From: Syntrophales bacterium
GTDB lineage: Bacteria > Desulfobacterota > Syntrophia > Syntrophales > UBA6807
Length of the DNA stretch: 64,000 nucleotides
Assembly: GCA_040767195.1 (NCBI GenBank)
Contig: JAXGPA010000003.1
Location: 32,001-96,000 of the forward strand
Reading direction: 5' to 3'
A program made the translations under genes and the position numbers. This document shows, one piece after another, positions 49,102 through 57,239 of this stretch (the first letter of the stretch is position 1; every line of letters begins with the position of its first letter). The notes below the pieces were generated by a model. That model saw only the letters and a list, made by a program, of their open reading frames with translations, was not told where the DNA came from and did not search any database.

Positions 49102-50314
49102 TCCGGGCATTCCGGGAGACCCTTCCATGGCCGTCCTCGTCGTCGGCGGCGGCGTGGCGGGGATTCTCGCCGCCCTCGATCTTGCCCGGGCAGGGCGACC
49201 GGTCACCCTGGTGGAACGGTCCCAACGCCTGGGAGGCCAGGTGGCCCGCCTGGACAAGATCTATCCCACCGACCACTGTGCCTTCTGCCCCCTCTGGACG
49301 GACATTCGAAACTGCCTCGAACATCCCGGAATCACCGTTCTGTCCTCGGCGACGGTCCGTAAACTGGAAAGAACGGGGGATCGATGGGCTGTCCGGATCC
49401 TTCGGGAACCCCCGGTTATCGAGGAACGCCTCTGCATTTTCTGCGGTCGCTGCGAATCCGCCTGCCCGGAAAGGGCCGTCCGGCCCCTCCTGGACCAGGC
49501 TTATCCCCCGGTGTACCGCATCGACGGGGACAGGTGCACCCATTGCGGGCAGTGTGAACCCGTATGCCCCACGAAAGCCATCGATTTCAATCGGAGGTCC
49601 GTGGAAGAACGGATCGTCGTCCAGGAGGTCCTCTGGGCCGCCGGCTTTCAGGACGGCGACTACAAGCCCCTTCCGGAATACGGTTACGGAACCCACCGGG
49701 ATATCATGACCGCCCTCGAGTTCGAGGAATGGACGGCCGAATCGGGGCCCAACGGCGGGCGGATCCTCCGGAAATCGGATCTCCGGGAGCCGTCCCGGGT
49801 GGCCTTCATCCAGTGCGCCGGTGCCCGGGACCTGAGAAACCTTTCCTACTGTTCCGCCGTCTGCTGCATGCACGCCCTGAAACAGGCTGCGTGGGTCAAG
49901 AAACGGAAACAAGACATTAATTGCACAATATTTTATACGGATTTACGGGCAGTTGGAAGAGATTACTTCAAGTATTCCATTAATAATGTTCCCGGGGAGC
50001 CTCTTCGTCTCATCAGGGGTCGCCCGGGCCTCGTTGTCGCCCTGCCCGGCGGCGGCATCGCCGTCACATACGAAGACACCCTGAAACAGGAACGAAGGAT
50101 CGAGCGCTTCGATCTTGTCATATTGAACGGAAACCTGAAGCCTTCCCTCAAGCCGGAAGGGGAACCGGGAACGCTTTCCCTGGACGGGGAGGGTTTCGTC
50201 GACATCGCCGTCGGTTTCGGCTGCGGATTTGCCGTCGAACCGGCCGATATCATGGATTCGGCCATTCAGGCGGCATCGGTTTCCATGCGCATTCTCGGAC
50301 GAGAAAACACTTGA
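49085..50314 (+). CDS. hdrA: HdrA-like FAD/Fe-S protein 1
   Basis: GGGVAG, LDKIYPTDHCAFC, inserted 2x[4Fe-4S] domain, AFIQCAGARD..YCSAVCCMHALK, FYTDLRA.G. Start 49085 or 49127. Confidence 0.82.
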   Translation: MALSIDPGIPGDPSMAVLVVGGGVAGILAALDLARAGRPVTLVERSQRLGGQVARLDKIYPTDHCAFCPLWTDIRNCLEHPGITVLSSATVRKLERTGDRWAVRILREPPVIEERLCIFCGRCESACPERAVRPLLDQAYPPVYRIDGDRCTHCGQCEPVCPTKAIDFNRRSVEERIVVQEVLWAAGFQDGDYKPLPEYGYGTHRDIMTALEFEEWTAESGPNGGRILRKSDLREPSRVAFIQCAGARDLRNLSYCSAVCCMHALKQAAWVKKRKQDINCTIFYTDLRAVGRDYFKYSINNVPGEPLRLIRGRPGLVVALPGGGIAVTYEDTLKQERRIERFDLVILNGNLKPSLKPEGEPGTLSLDGEGFVDIAVGFGCGFAVEPADIMDSAIQAASVSMRILGRENT

Positions 50315-50323
50315 GGAAAAATC

Positions 50324-52027
50324 ATGGCTGAAACGGTCGTCCTTCTTTGCCGGTGTTTCGGTGAAATCGACGGCGTCGTCGACCTCGACGGGATTGCCGG
50401 GCGCTTGAGAGAGGAAAACCAGGACACGTCCGTGTACCTGCTCGATTCCCTTTGCCAGGAAGACGACGGGCCCAAGATCGAAACGCTCTTCAGGGAGGAA
50501 AAAGCCCGGAAGGTCATCACCGCCCTTTGCGCCGGCGACCGGGGACACCATTCCCGCCGGAACGCCCTGCGAAATGCCGGTGTCGGGCCATCGGGGCATG
50601 CGACGGTGGACCTCCGGGAAGGGTGCGCCTGGATTCACCGAAGCGACCCCGCCGGTGCGACGGAAAAGGCCCTGGATCTTGTTTCCATGGCCCTGGCCGC
50701 CCTGGCGGAGAAAGAAACCTCCCGGGATGTCACCACGGCCGTTCATCCCCGCTGCGCCATTCTCGGCGCCGGCCCGGCGGGGCTGGCGGCGGCGGCGGCC
50801 CTGGCCGGTCAGGGCATTCCCGTTCATCTCATCGACCGGGCCGACCGGCCCGGCGGAATGCTGAACCTGATTTCCAAAATATACCCGGAAGACGACGATG
50901 CAAAAAGCCGGATCGACCCCTTTGTCCGGGAAATGGAAGTGAACGAACGCATCACCTTTCATCCCCGTTCCCGGGTGACCGCGGTGACGGGATTCGCCGG
51001 AAATTTCAAGATCACCGCGGAGGGACCGGACGGGCCTTTCCGTTTTCGGGCCGGCGCCGTCATCATCGCCACCGGCGCCGGTGTTTTCCTGCCCCGGGGC
51101 CTTTACCGGTACGGGGAACTCAAAGAGGTGATCACGCAGATCGAACTGGAACGGCAGTGGATCAAGGGGACGCCGGAAAAGAAACGGTTTGCCTTTATCC
51201 AGTGCGTCGGGGCCCGCTCTCCTGAAAGGCCTTACTGTTCCACGATCTGCTGCCCCTCAAGTCTGAAAAACGCCGTGCGGGTCGTGGCGGAAATTCCAGG
51301 CGGCGAGGCGACGGTCTTCCACCGGGACATCATGACACCGGGAAGCGTCCTGGAGGAATATTACCGCCGGTCCATGGAAAAAGGAGTCCGTTACGTCCGG
51401 TTCCAGGAAGACGGCCCCCCGGAAATCCTCGGGGAAAAGGGTGTCGAGGCGGTCCGGGTCCGGGATGCCGGAAGCGGAAAAGAGCAGGTCCTTCCGGTGG
51501 AGACGGTCGTTCTGAGCACGCCCCTCGTCCCGAACAGGGACAATGGCGCCCTGTCCGCCCTTTTCCAGGTAGGGCTGGACAGCCATGGTTTCTTTTCCGA
51601 GACGTATCCCCTCCATCCCCTGGAAACCCGCCTGGATGGTATCTTCATTGCTGGTTCCGCCCGCTGGCCCGTGTCGTCGGAGAAGGCCGTGGAGCAGGGG
51701 CAGGGGGCCGCCATGAAAGCCCTGGCCCTCCTGAGACGGGACCGCATTTCCGCCCTGTCTCTCAGCCGTACGCCGGAAGAAAAGCCGGGCCACGGAACCG
51801 TGGCGGAATACGCCTGCACGGGCTGCGGCAACTGCGTGGCCGTGTGCCCCTTCGAAGCCTGTGCTCTCCAGGAAAGGGACGGCGGCCGATTCGTGAGCCG
51901 GGTGAACAAGATGCGCTGCAAGGCCTGCGGAAGCTGCGTGTCCGTGTGCCCCAACGGGACCATGCAGATACCGGAGCACAATTACCGCGTGACGGCCGCC
52001 ATGATCCGCCGGTCTTTTTCGTCGTGA
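50324..52027 (+). CDS. hdrA: HdrA-like FAD/Fe-S protein 2 with C-terminal ferredoxin
   Basis: N-terminal CRC...LC...C...REGCAWIH, GAGPAG, FIQCVGAR..YCSTICC, ET..DGIFIAG, C-terminal CTGCGNCVAVCP and CKACGSCVSVCP. Confidence 0.85.
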   Translation: MAETVVLLCRCFGEIDGVVDLDGIAGRLREENQDTSVYLLDSLCQEDDGPKIETLFREEKARKVITALCAGDRGHHSRRNALRNAGVGPSGHATVDLREGCAWIHRSDPAGATEKALDLVSMALAALAEKETSRDVTTAVHPRCAILGAGPAGLAAAAALAGQGIPVHLIDRADRPGGMLNLISKIYPEDDDAKSRIDPFVREMEVNERITFHPRSRVTAVTGFAGNFKITAEGPDGPFRFRAGAVIIATGAGVFLPRGLYRYGELKEVITQIELERQWIKGTPEKKRFAFIQCVGARSPERPYCSTICCPSSLKNAVRVVAEIPGGEATVFHRDIMTPGSVLEEYYRRSMEKGVRYVRFQEDGPPEILGEKGVEAVRVRDAGSGKEQVLPVETVVLSTPLVPNRDNGALSALFQVGLDSHGFFSETYPLHPLETRLDGIFIAGSARWPVSSEKAVEQGQGAAMKALALLRRDRISALSLSRTPEEKPGHGTVAEYACTGCGNCVAVCPFEACALQERDGGRFVSRVNKMRCKACGSCVSVCPNGTMQIPEHNYRVTAAMIRRSFSS

Positions 52028-52052
52028 AAGGCCGGGGCGGCGAGGAAAAGCC

Positions 52053-52553
52053 ATGGACGCCGAAAAGAATAAACAGGGATTGAAAGGGGGGGAGGAAAGA
52101 GGGAAGGCGGGAGCGCCATCCCCGAAGATCCTCGTTTTCGCCTGCCGCTGGTGCGGCGGGATCGGCGCCGGCCGGGCGGGCTGGAAACGCCTGGACCTTC
52201 CCATCTCCTTTCGGGTCATCCCGGTGGAGTGCGCCGCCCTGGTGGAACCGGACGCCATTTTCAGGGCCCTGGCGTCAGGCATCGACGGGGTGGCCGTCCT
52301 GGGCTGTCACATCGGGGGGTGCCGCTACAACGAGGCCAATCATGCCGCCCTGAAGCGGCTGGAACTGGTCAAGGTCCTTCTCGACACGGTGGGAATCGGG
52401 GGGCGGCGGCTTCTCCTCGCTTTCGGGACCGCCCACGAGGATCACCAGTTCGCCGAGGTGATCCGGAATTTTCATGAATCCATCGGTAAGGAGCCCTCTC
52501 TGGGACCCTGGCTCGGGGCAGGTGAAGATGTTTTCCTGCGGCGGGAGGAATGA
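52053..52553 (+). CDS. mvhD: MvhD/FlpD-like [2Fe-2S] adaptor subunit
   Basis: ILVFACRWCG, RVIPVEC, G.DGV...GCHIGGCRY..AN, LL..VGI...RL. Confidence 0.88.
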   Translation: MDAEKNKQGLKGGEERGKAGAPSPKILVFACRWCGGIGAGRAGWKRLDLPISFRVIPVECAALVEPDAIFRALASGIDGVAVLGCHIGGCRYNEANHAALKRLELVKVLLDTVGIGGRRLLLAFGTAHEDHQFAEVIRNFHESIGKEPSLGPWLGAGEDVFLRREE

Positions 52554-53398
52554 TGGAAGAAATCCGGAAAAAGGCCCGGGAACTTCTCGAAAAAAATGAC
52601 GCCGACGGTGTTCTCGCCCTGCGGCAGGGGGAAGAGGCCGCCGTGAAGCCCTATCTCTTCCGGGAACTCGGCGAAATCGACCATCTCGTCACCGAGCCCA
52701 AGTGGCCCCTGGCCAAGACGGCCATGAGGATCCTCCAGTCCTCTCCCCGGGATTTCCGTCTTGCCGTGGTCGTCCGGGGCTGTGACGACAGGGCCCTGGT
52801 GGAACTGGCCAAGAGAAACCAGGTCATGGAAGAGAACATCCGGTTCATCGGCCTGGCCTGCACGGAAGAACAGGCGGGAAGATGCTTGTGTGAAAGACCC
52901 TACCCCCGGACGATTCACGGGGGAAAGCCCCAGCCGGGCGTTCACTTCCTCCAGGACGAGCGGGTTTTCAGCCTCCTCGAGGGCGACCCCGCGGAAAGAA
53001 TGGAACGGTGGGCGGCCATTCTCAGGCGCTGCATCAAGTGCTACGGGTGCCGGAACGCTTGCCCGATCTGCGTGTGCGTCCCCTGCAAACTCGAGGACGA
53101 CGTGTGGGTGGAGAAAGGTTCCATCCCCGCGGAGATGCTCGTTTTTCACCTCATCCGGGCTTTCCACCTGTCCGACGCCTGTGTTGCCTGCGGGGCCTGC
53201 CAGGAGGCCTGTCCCGTTTCCATCCCCGTCATGGCCCTCCAGTTCGCCATGCGCCAGGCCCTGAAGGACCGCTTTGGGTACGAGCCGGGGCTCGACGGTG
53301 CCCGAAAGTCGCCCGTCCTGAAAAACTTCCTGGAGGAACCGGAGGCGGGGCAGGACTATCCCGCCTGGATCACCCACGGGGGCACGGGACATGAGTGA
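52550..53398 (+). CDS. FdhB/FrhB-like Fe-S subunit
   Basis: VVRGCDDRALVEL, RCIKCYGCRNACPICVCVPC, FHLIRAFH...CVACGACQEACPV.IP. Confidence 0.82.
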   Translation: MMEEIRKKARELLEKNDADGVLALRQGEEAAVKPYLFRELGEIDHLVTEPKWPLAKTAMRILQSSPRDFRLAVVVRGCDDRALVELAKRNQVMEENIRFIGLACTEEQAGRCLCERPYPRTIHGGKPQPGVHFLQDERVFSLLEGDPAERMERWAAILRRCIKCYGCRNACPICVCVPCKLEDDVWVEKGSIPAEMLVFHLIRAFHLSDACVACGACQEACPVSIPVMALQFAMRQALKDRFGYEPGLDGARKSPVLKNFLEEPEAGQDYPAWITHGGTGHE

Positions 53399-55427
53399 TT
53401 CCTTCGTCAGGACCATCTGTCCCTACTGTGGAACGGGGTGCGGCCTGATCCTCAGGGTCCTCGACGGGGCGGTCGTCGAGTGCCTTCCCGACCGGGATCA
53501 CCCCGTGAGCCGGGGGCATCTCTGTGTCAAGGGGTGGTACGCCCACGAGTTCATTCATCACCCCGAGAGGCTGACGACGCCCCTCGTCCGGGAAGGTGAC
53601 CGGTTCCGGCCCGTCTCCTGGAAAGAGGCCGTCTCCCTGGCGGCGGAGAGGTTCAGGGCAACGGCGGAGAAATACGGGGGAAATGCTATCGGGGGGCTGT
53701 CCTCGGCGAAGTGCACGAACGAGGAGAACTACCTCTTTCAGAAGCTGATCCGTGCCGCCTTCGGGACAAACAACGTGGACCACTGCGCCCGGCTCTGCCA
53801 CGCCCCCACGACGGTGGCCATGGCCCGGTCCCTCGGGAGCGGGGCCATGACCAATTCCATCGCGCACCTTTCCCGCGCCGGGTGCATCCTGATGATCGGA
53901 TCCAACGCCGCGGAAAGCCACCCCATCATCATGGGGGAAATCTACCGGGCCGTCGATGGCGGGGCCACCCTCATCGTCGTCGATCCCCGGAAAACGGCGG
54001 CGGCGGAAAACGCCCATATCCACCTGGCCATCCGGCCGGGCACGGACATTCCTCTCGTCTGCGGCATGATGAGGCACATCATCGATTCAGGACTTCACAA
54101 CGGGTCCTTCATTGGCGAGAGAATGGAGGGGTTCGAGGAACTCAGGGCCTTTCTTTCCGACTGGACGGTGGAACGGGCGGCCCGGGAATCGGGTATACCC
54201 GAGGCGGACCTGCGCGAGGCCGCCGAGCTTTTTGCCCGGGCGCGGGAAGGGGCGGTGGTCTACTGCATGGGCATCACCCAGCACGCCTGCGGCACCGCCA
54301 ACGTCTTCGCCCTTTGCGATCTCGCCATGCTGTGCGGCCACGTGGGCCGGGAAGGTTCGGGCATCTATCCTCTCCGGGGACAGAACAACGTTCAGGGGGC
54401 CTGCGACATGGGGGCGCTGCCCAACGTCTACCCGGGATACCAGGCGGTCAGTGATCCCGCCGTCCGGGACACGTTCCGGAAGGCCTGGGGAAGGGATCTG
54501 TCCGACCGGCCGGGGCTCACGGTCACGGAAATGATCGGTGCCGCAGGAGAGGACATCCGGGCCCTCTTCATCATGGCGGAGAACCCCGCTCTCAGCGACC
54601 CCGACGTGAATCACGTGCTGGAGTGCCTCCCGGCCCTGGATTTTCTCGTCGTCCAGGACATCTTCCTCACCGAGACCGCCCGGCTCGCCCACCTCGTCCT
54701 GCCCGGGGCCTGTTATGCCGAAAAAACGGGAACTTTCACGAATACGGAGCGGCGCTTTCAGCTGCTTCGAAAAGCCGTGGAGCCGCCCGGGGACGCCGAG
54801 GACGATTTTTCCATTCTCTGCCGTCTCGGCCGGGCCCTGGGGCTCGATTTTCCCTATCGAAACCCTGGTGAGGTCATGGAGGAAATCGCCGCCATGGCGC
54901 CGGCTTACGGGGGGATCCGCTACGGCCGTCTCGAAAAGGAGGGGATTCAGTGGCCCTGCCCGAACATCGAGCACCCGGGAACGGCCTTCCTGCACAAGGA
55001 CCGATTCACCCGGGGAAAAGGCCTTTTCGTGGTACCGGACCACGTACCGCCCCGGGAATCCCCCGACGGAGACTATCCCTTCTGGCTCAGCACGGGCAGG
55101 ATGTTTGCCCACTACCACACGGGAACCATGACCCGCCGGTCAGCATTTCTGAACCGCGAACAGGAAGAGCCTTACGTGGAAATTCACCCGGAAGACGCCC
55201 GAGAGCTTGCTCTCGAAGATGGAGACCCCGTTCGGATCACCTCCCGCCGGGGCAGCATCGTCACGACGGCGCGGGTGACCAGGCGTGTCGCCCGGGGGGC
55301 CCTCTTTGCCCCGTTTCATTTCACGGAGGCCCGGGCCAACCGGCTGACCAACCCTGTCCTGGACCCGCTGTCGAAAATTCCCGAATTCAAGGCCTGCGCC
55401 GCCAGGGTGGAGAAGATCAAGGCATGA
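53391..55427 (+). CDS. fdhA: cytoplasmic formate dehydrogenase alpha subunit (Mo/W-bisPGD, Cys-ligated)
   Basis: CPYCGTGC..LCVKG, NNVDHCARLCH, MGITQH, PLRGQNNVQGACDMG, EKTGTFTNTERR, HYHTGTMTRRS, KIPEFK. No signal peptide. Confidence 0.92.
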   Translation: MSDSFVRTICPYCGTGCGLILRVLDGAVVECLPDRDHPVSRGHLCVKGWYAHEFIHHPERLTTPLVREGDRFRPVSWKEAVSLAAERFRATAEKYGGNAIGGLSSAKCTNEENYLFQKLIRAAFGTNNVDHCARLCHAPTTVAMARSLGSGAMTNSIAHLSRAGCILMIGSNAAESHPIIMGEIYRAVDGGATLIVVDPRKTAAAENAHIHLAIRPGTDIPLVCGMMRHIIDSGLHNGSFIGERMEGFEELRAFLSDWTVERAARESGIPEADLREAAELFARAREGAVVYCMGITQHACGTANVFALCDLAMLCGHVGREGSGIYPLRGQNNVQGACDMGALPNVYPGYQAVSDPAVRDTFRKAWGRDLSDRPGLTVTEMIGAAGEDIRALFIMAENPALSDPDVNHVLECLPALDFLVVQDIFLTETARLAHLVLPGACYAEKTGTFTNTERRFQLLRKAVEPPGDAEDDFSILCRLGRALGLDFPYRNPGEVMEEIAAMAPAYGGIRYGRLEKEGIQWPCPNIEHPGTAFLHKDRFTRGKGLFVVPDHVPPRESPDGDYPFWLSTGRMFAHYHTGTMTRRSAFLNREQEEPYVEIHPEDARELALEDGDPVRITSRRGSIVTTARVTRRVARGALFAPFHFTEARANRLTNPVLDPLSKIPEFKACAARVEKIKA

Positions 55428-55888
55428 AGAGAGAGGACGACAGGCTCGCCCGGGTCAGGAAATATTCCAAGGCATACGCCTGTGTCGAGTGCGGGCGGTG
55501 CGTCGCCGTGTGCCCCATGGCGGAGATGTACGCCGACTTTTCCATCGAAATGTCCCCCCGGGGCATCATTCGGAAGGCCCTTCGAGACGGCGGGGGTGTC
55601 CTTACCGACGAAAACATCTGGTACTGCACGGAGTGCAATGCCGGAACGGACGTCTGTCCCCAGGGCGTGAGCTGCCGGGACCTCATCCGGGGACTCCGGG
55701 AACTCGTCCTGGAGAGGCATCCCGCGGAAAAGGTGTCTTATTGCCGGGATTGTGGAAACCCCTTTCTCGCCCTACCGGTGGAACGCTTCGTCATGGGGAG
55801 ACTGGAACAGGAACCGCCCAATGTCCGGGCCCTTCTGGAAAGGTGTCCCGCCTGCAGGCGGCTCACCTATGCCCGGCGAAACGCCTGA
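55424..55888 (+). CDS. HdrC-like 4Fe-4S protein with C-terminal CxxC...CxxC extension
   Basis: CVECGRCVAVCP, SPRG, IWYCTECNAGTDVCPQGV, then CRDCG...CPACR. ATG overlaps the fdhA stop (ATGA). Confidence 0.8.
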   Translation: MKREDDRLARVRKYSKAYACVECGRCVAVCPMAEMYADFSIEMSPRGIIRKALRDGGGVLTDENIWYCTECNAGTDVCPQGVSCRDLIRGLRELVLERHPAEKVSYCRDCGNPFLALPVERFVMGRLEQEPPNVRALLERCPACRRLTYARRNA

Positions 55889-55919
55889 CCCCCGCCCGGC
55901 GGGGCTGAAACGACGGAAC

Positions 55920-57239
55920 ATGGAAACCAAAAAGGCAAAAACGGACCACGATTCCCCATCCCCTTTTCTGAACCTGGAGGATCTCCGTCCCAGGCTGGTG
56001 CCCCGGGAAAGATTCACCGACCGGTTCATGCCCCGGCGCAGCGGGCAGCTTCTTTTCGACCCGTCCCGGTGCACCGGGTGCGGTACCTGCGAGATGGTCT
56101 GCGGAAGCCGGAACGTGTCCCTCGTGGCCCCGGCCTCGGCCAGCGTGAGGGTTTTCAGGGATGAGGGGCGGGGGAAGAATTTCGCCCTCTATTGCCAGCA
56201 CTGCCGCCGGCCCCTTTGCCTGGAGGCGTGCCCGACACGGGCCATCACCAGGGGGGAGGACGGTATCGTTCGTATCGACAGGGTTTTCTGCGTCGCCTGC
56301 GGCCTGTGCACCATGGCCTGTCCCGAGGCGGCGCCGCTGCGGGACCATCGGACGAAAGAGATCCACAAGTGCGATCTCTGTGAAGGGGACCCCCTGTGCG
56401 CCCGTCACTGCCCCGAGGGGGCCCTTTCCTTTACCCGGGGCAAGGCTTTCCGCTGGATCAAGGGACTCCGGTGGACCGTCCAGGCTCTTTTTTTCCTGCT
56501 CCTCGTTTTCATCCTCATCGGCACGTTCTGTTCCTTCCAGGCGGGGGTCGTGAGCCTTTCCTGTCCCACCGGGATTCTTCAGAACATCGCCTCCACGAAA
56601 ACCATCGTCCTCACCGGAATCGCCACCGCCCTGGCTCTGCTCCTCCTGACGGTTATCGCCGGCAGGCTTTTCTGCGGCTGGATCTGCCCCTTCGGGTTCG
56701 TTCTCGACCTGGTCGGCAAAGTTGTTCCAAAGAAAATCAGCCCGCCCCGCTGGCTGGCCAACAGGCTGAACAAGTACGGTCTTCTCGCCGGCGCCGTGGG
56801 TGGAAGTTTCGCCCTCGGTTACCAGGCCTTCTGCACCGTCTGTCCTATCGGGACGCTGTGCCGCTCTTACGGCGTTCAGGGGTTTTTCCGGGGGGCTGAA
56901 CTGGCCATCGTTCCCGCCCTGGCGGCCCTGGAGGTCACGGAAAGGCGCTCCTGGTGCCGCTATTTCTGCCCCGTGGGGGCCCTTCTCGCCCTGGTGGCAT
57001 CGCTCGGGCTCATCAAGATCGTCATCGGCGCAAAAAAATGCAAGAAATTTTCCTGCGTCCAGTGCGCCGAAGTCTGCCCAGTCGGGATTATCGACGGAAA
57101 CCTGCTCCGGGAAGGGGTCTCCCCGAAGATTCCCATGACCGAGTGCATCTCCTGCTTCCGGTGCATCGACCGCTGTCCTTACGGGGCGGCGAAAATCCGG
57201 TTCCGCTGGCAGAAGGGCGTTCCCGGCGAGGAGGCGTGA
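55920..57239 (+). CDS. fusion of a 4x[4Fe-4S] ferredoxin (DmsB/HydN-type) with a NapH/MauN-like membrane protein
   Basis: N-terminal CTGCGTCEMVC, CQHC..PLCLEACP, CVACGLCTMACP, KCDLC...P.CARHCP. Then TM helices with GRLFCGWICPFG, FCTVCPIG, WCRYFCPVGA and C-terminal CVQCAEVCP / CISCFRCIDRCP. Confidence 0.85.
   Translation: METKKAKTDHDSPSPFLNLEDLRPRLVPRERFTDRFMPRRSGQLLFDPSRCTGCGTCEMVCGSRNVSLVAPASASVRVFRDEGRGKNFALYCQHCRRPLCLEACPTRAITRGEDGIVRIDRVFCVACGLCTMACPEAAPLRDHRTKEIHKCDLCEGDPLCARHCPEGALSFTRGKAFRWIKGLRWTVQALFFLLLVFILIGTFCSFQAGVVSLSCPTGILQNIASTKTIVLTGIATALALLLLTVIAGRLFCGWICPFGFVLDLVGKVVPKKISPPRWLANRLNKYGLLAGAVGGSFALGYQAFCTVCPIGTLCRSYGVQGFFRGAELAIVPALAALEVTERRSWCRYFCPVGALLALVASLGLIKIVIGAKKCKKFSCVQCAEVCPVGIIDGNLLREGVSPKIPMTECISCFRCIDRCPYGAAKIRFRWQKGVPGEEA

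Noticed and set aside
46466..52553. Class II benzoyl-CoA reductase (BamB-I) interpretation of AOR plus HdrA plus MvhD
   Set aside because: The Fe-S partner has a Tat signal whereas CoA-ester chemistry is cytoplasmic. There are no BamD (CCG) or BamGHI-like NADH-module genes, and the N-terminus does not resemble BamB as I recall it.
48415..57239. Periplasmic nitrate reductase (nap) or methylamine dehydrogenase (mau) operon
   Set aside because: No napA/napB or mauAB genes are present. The bisPGD enzyme has FDH motifs (CH ligand pair, RGQNNVQG) and no Tat signal.
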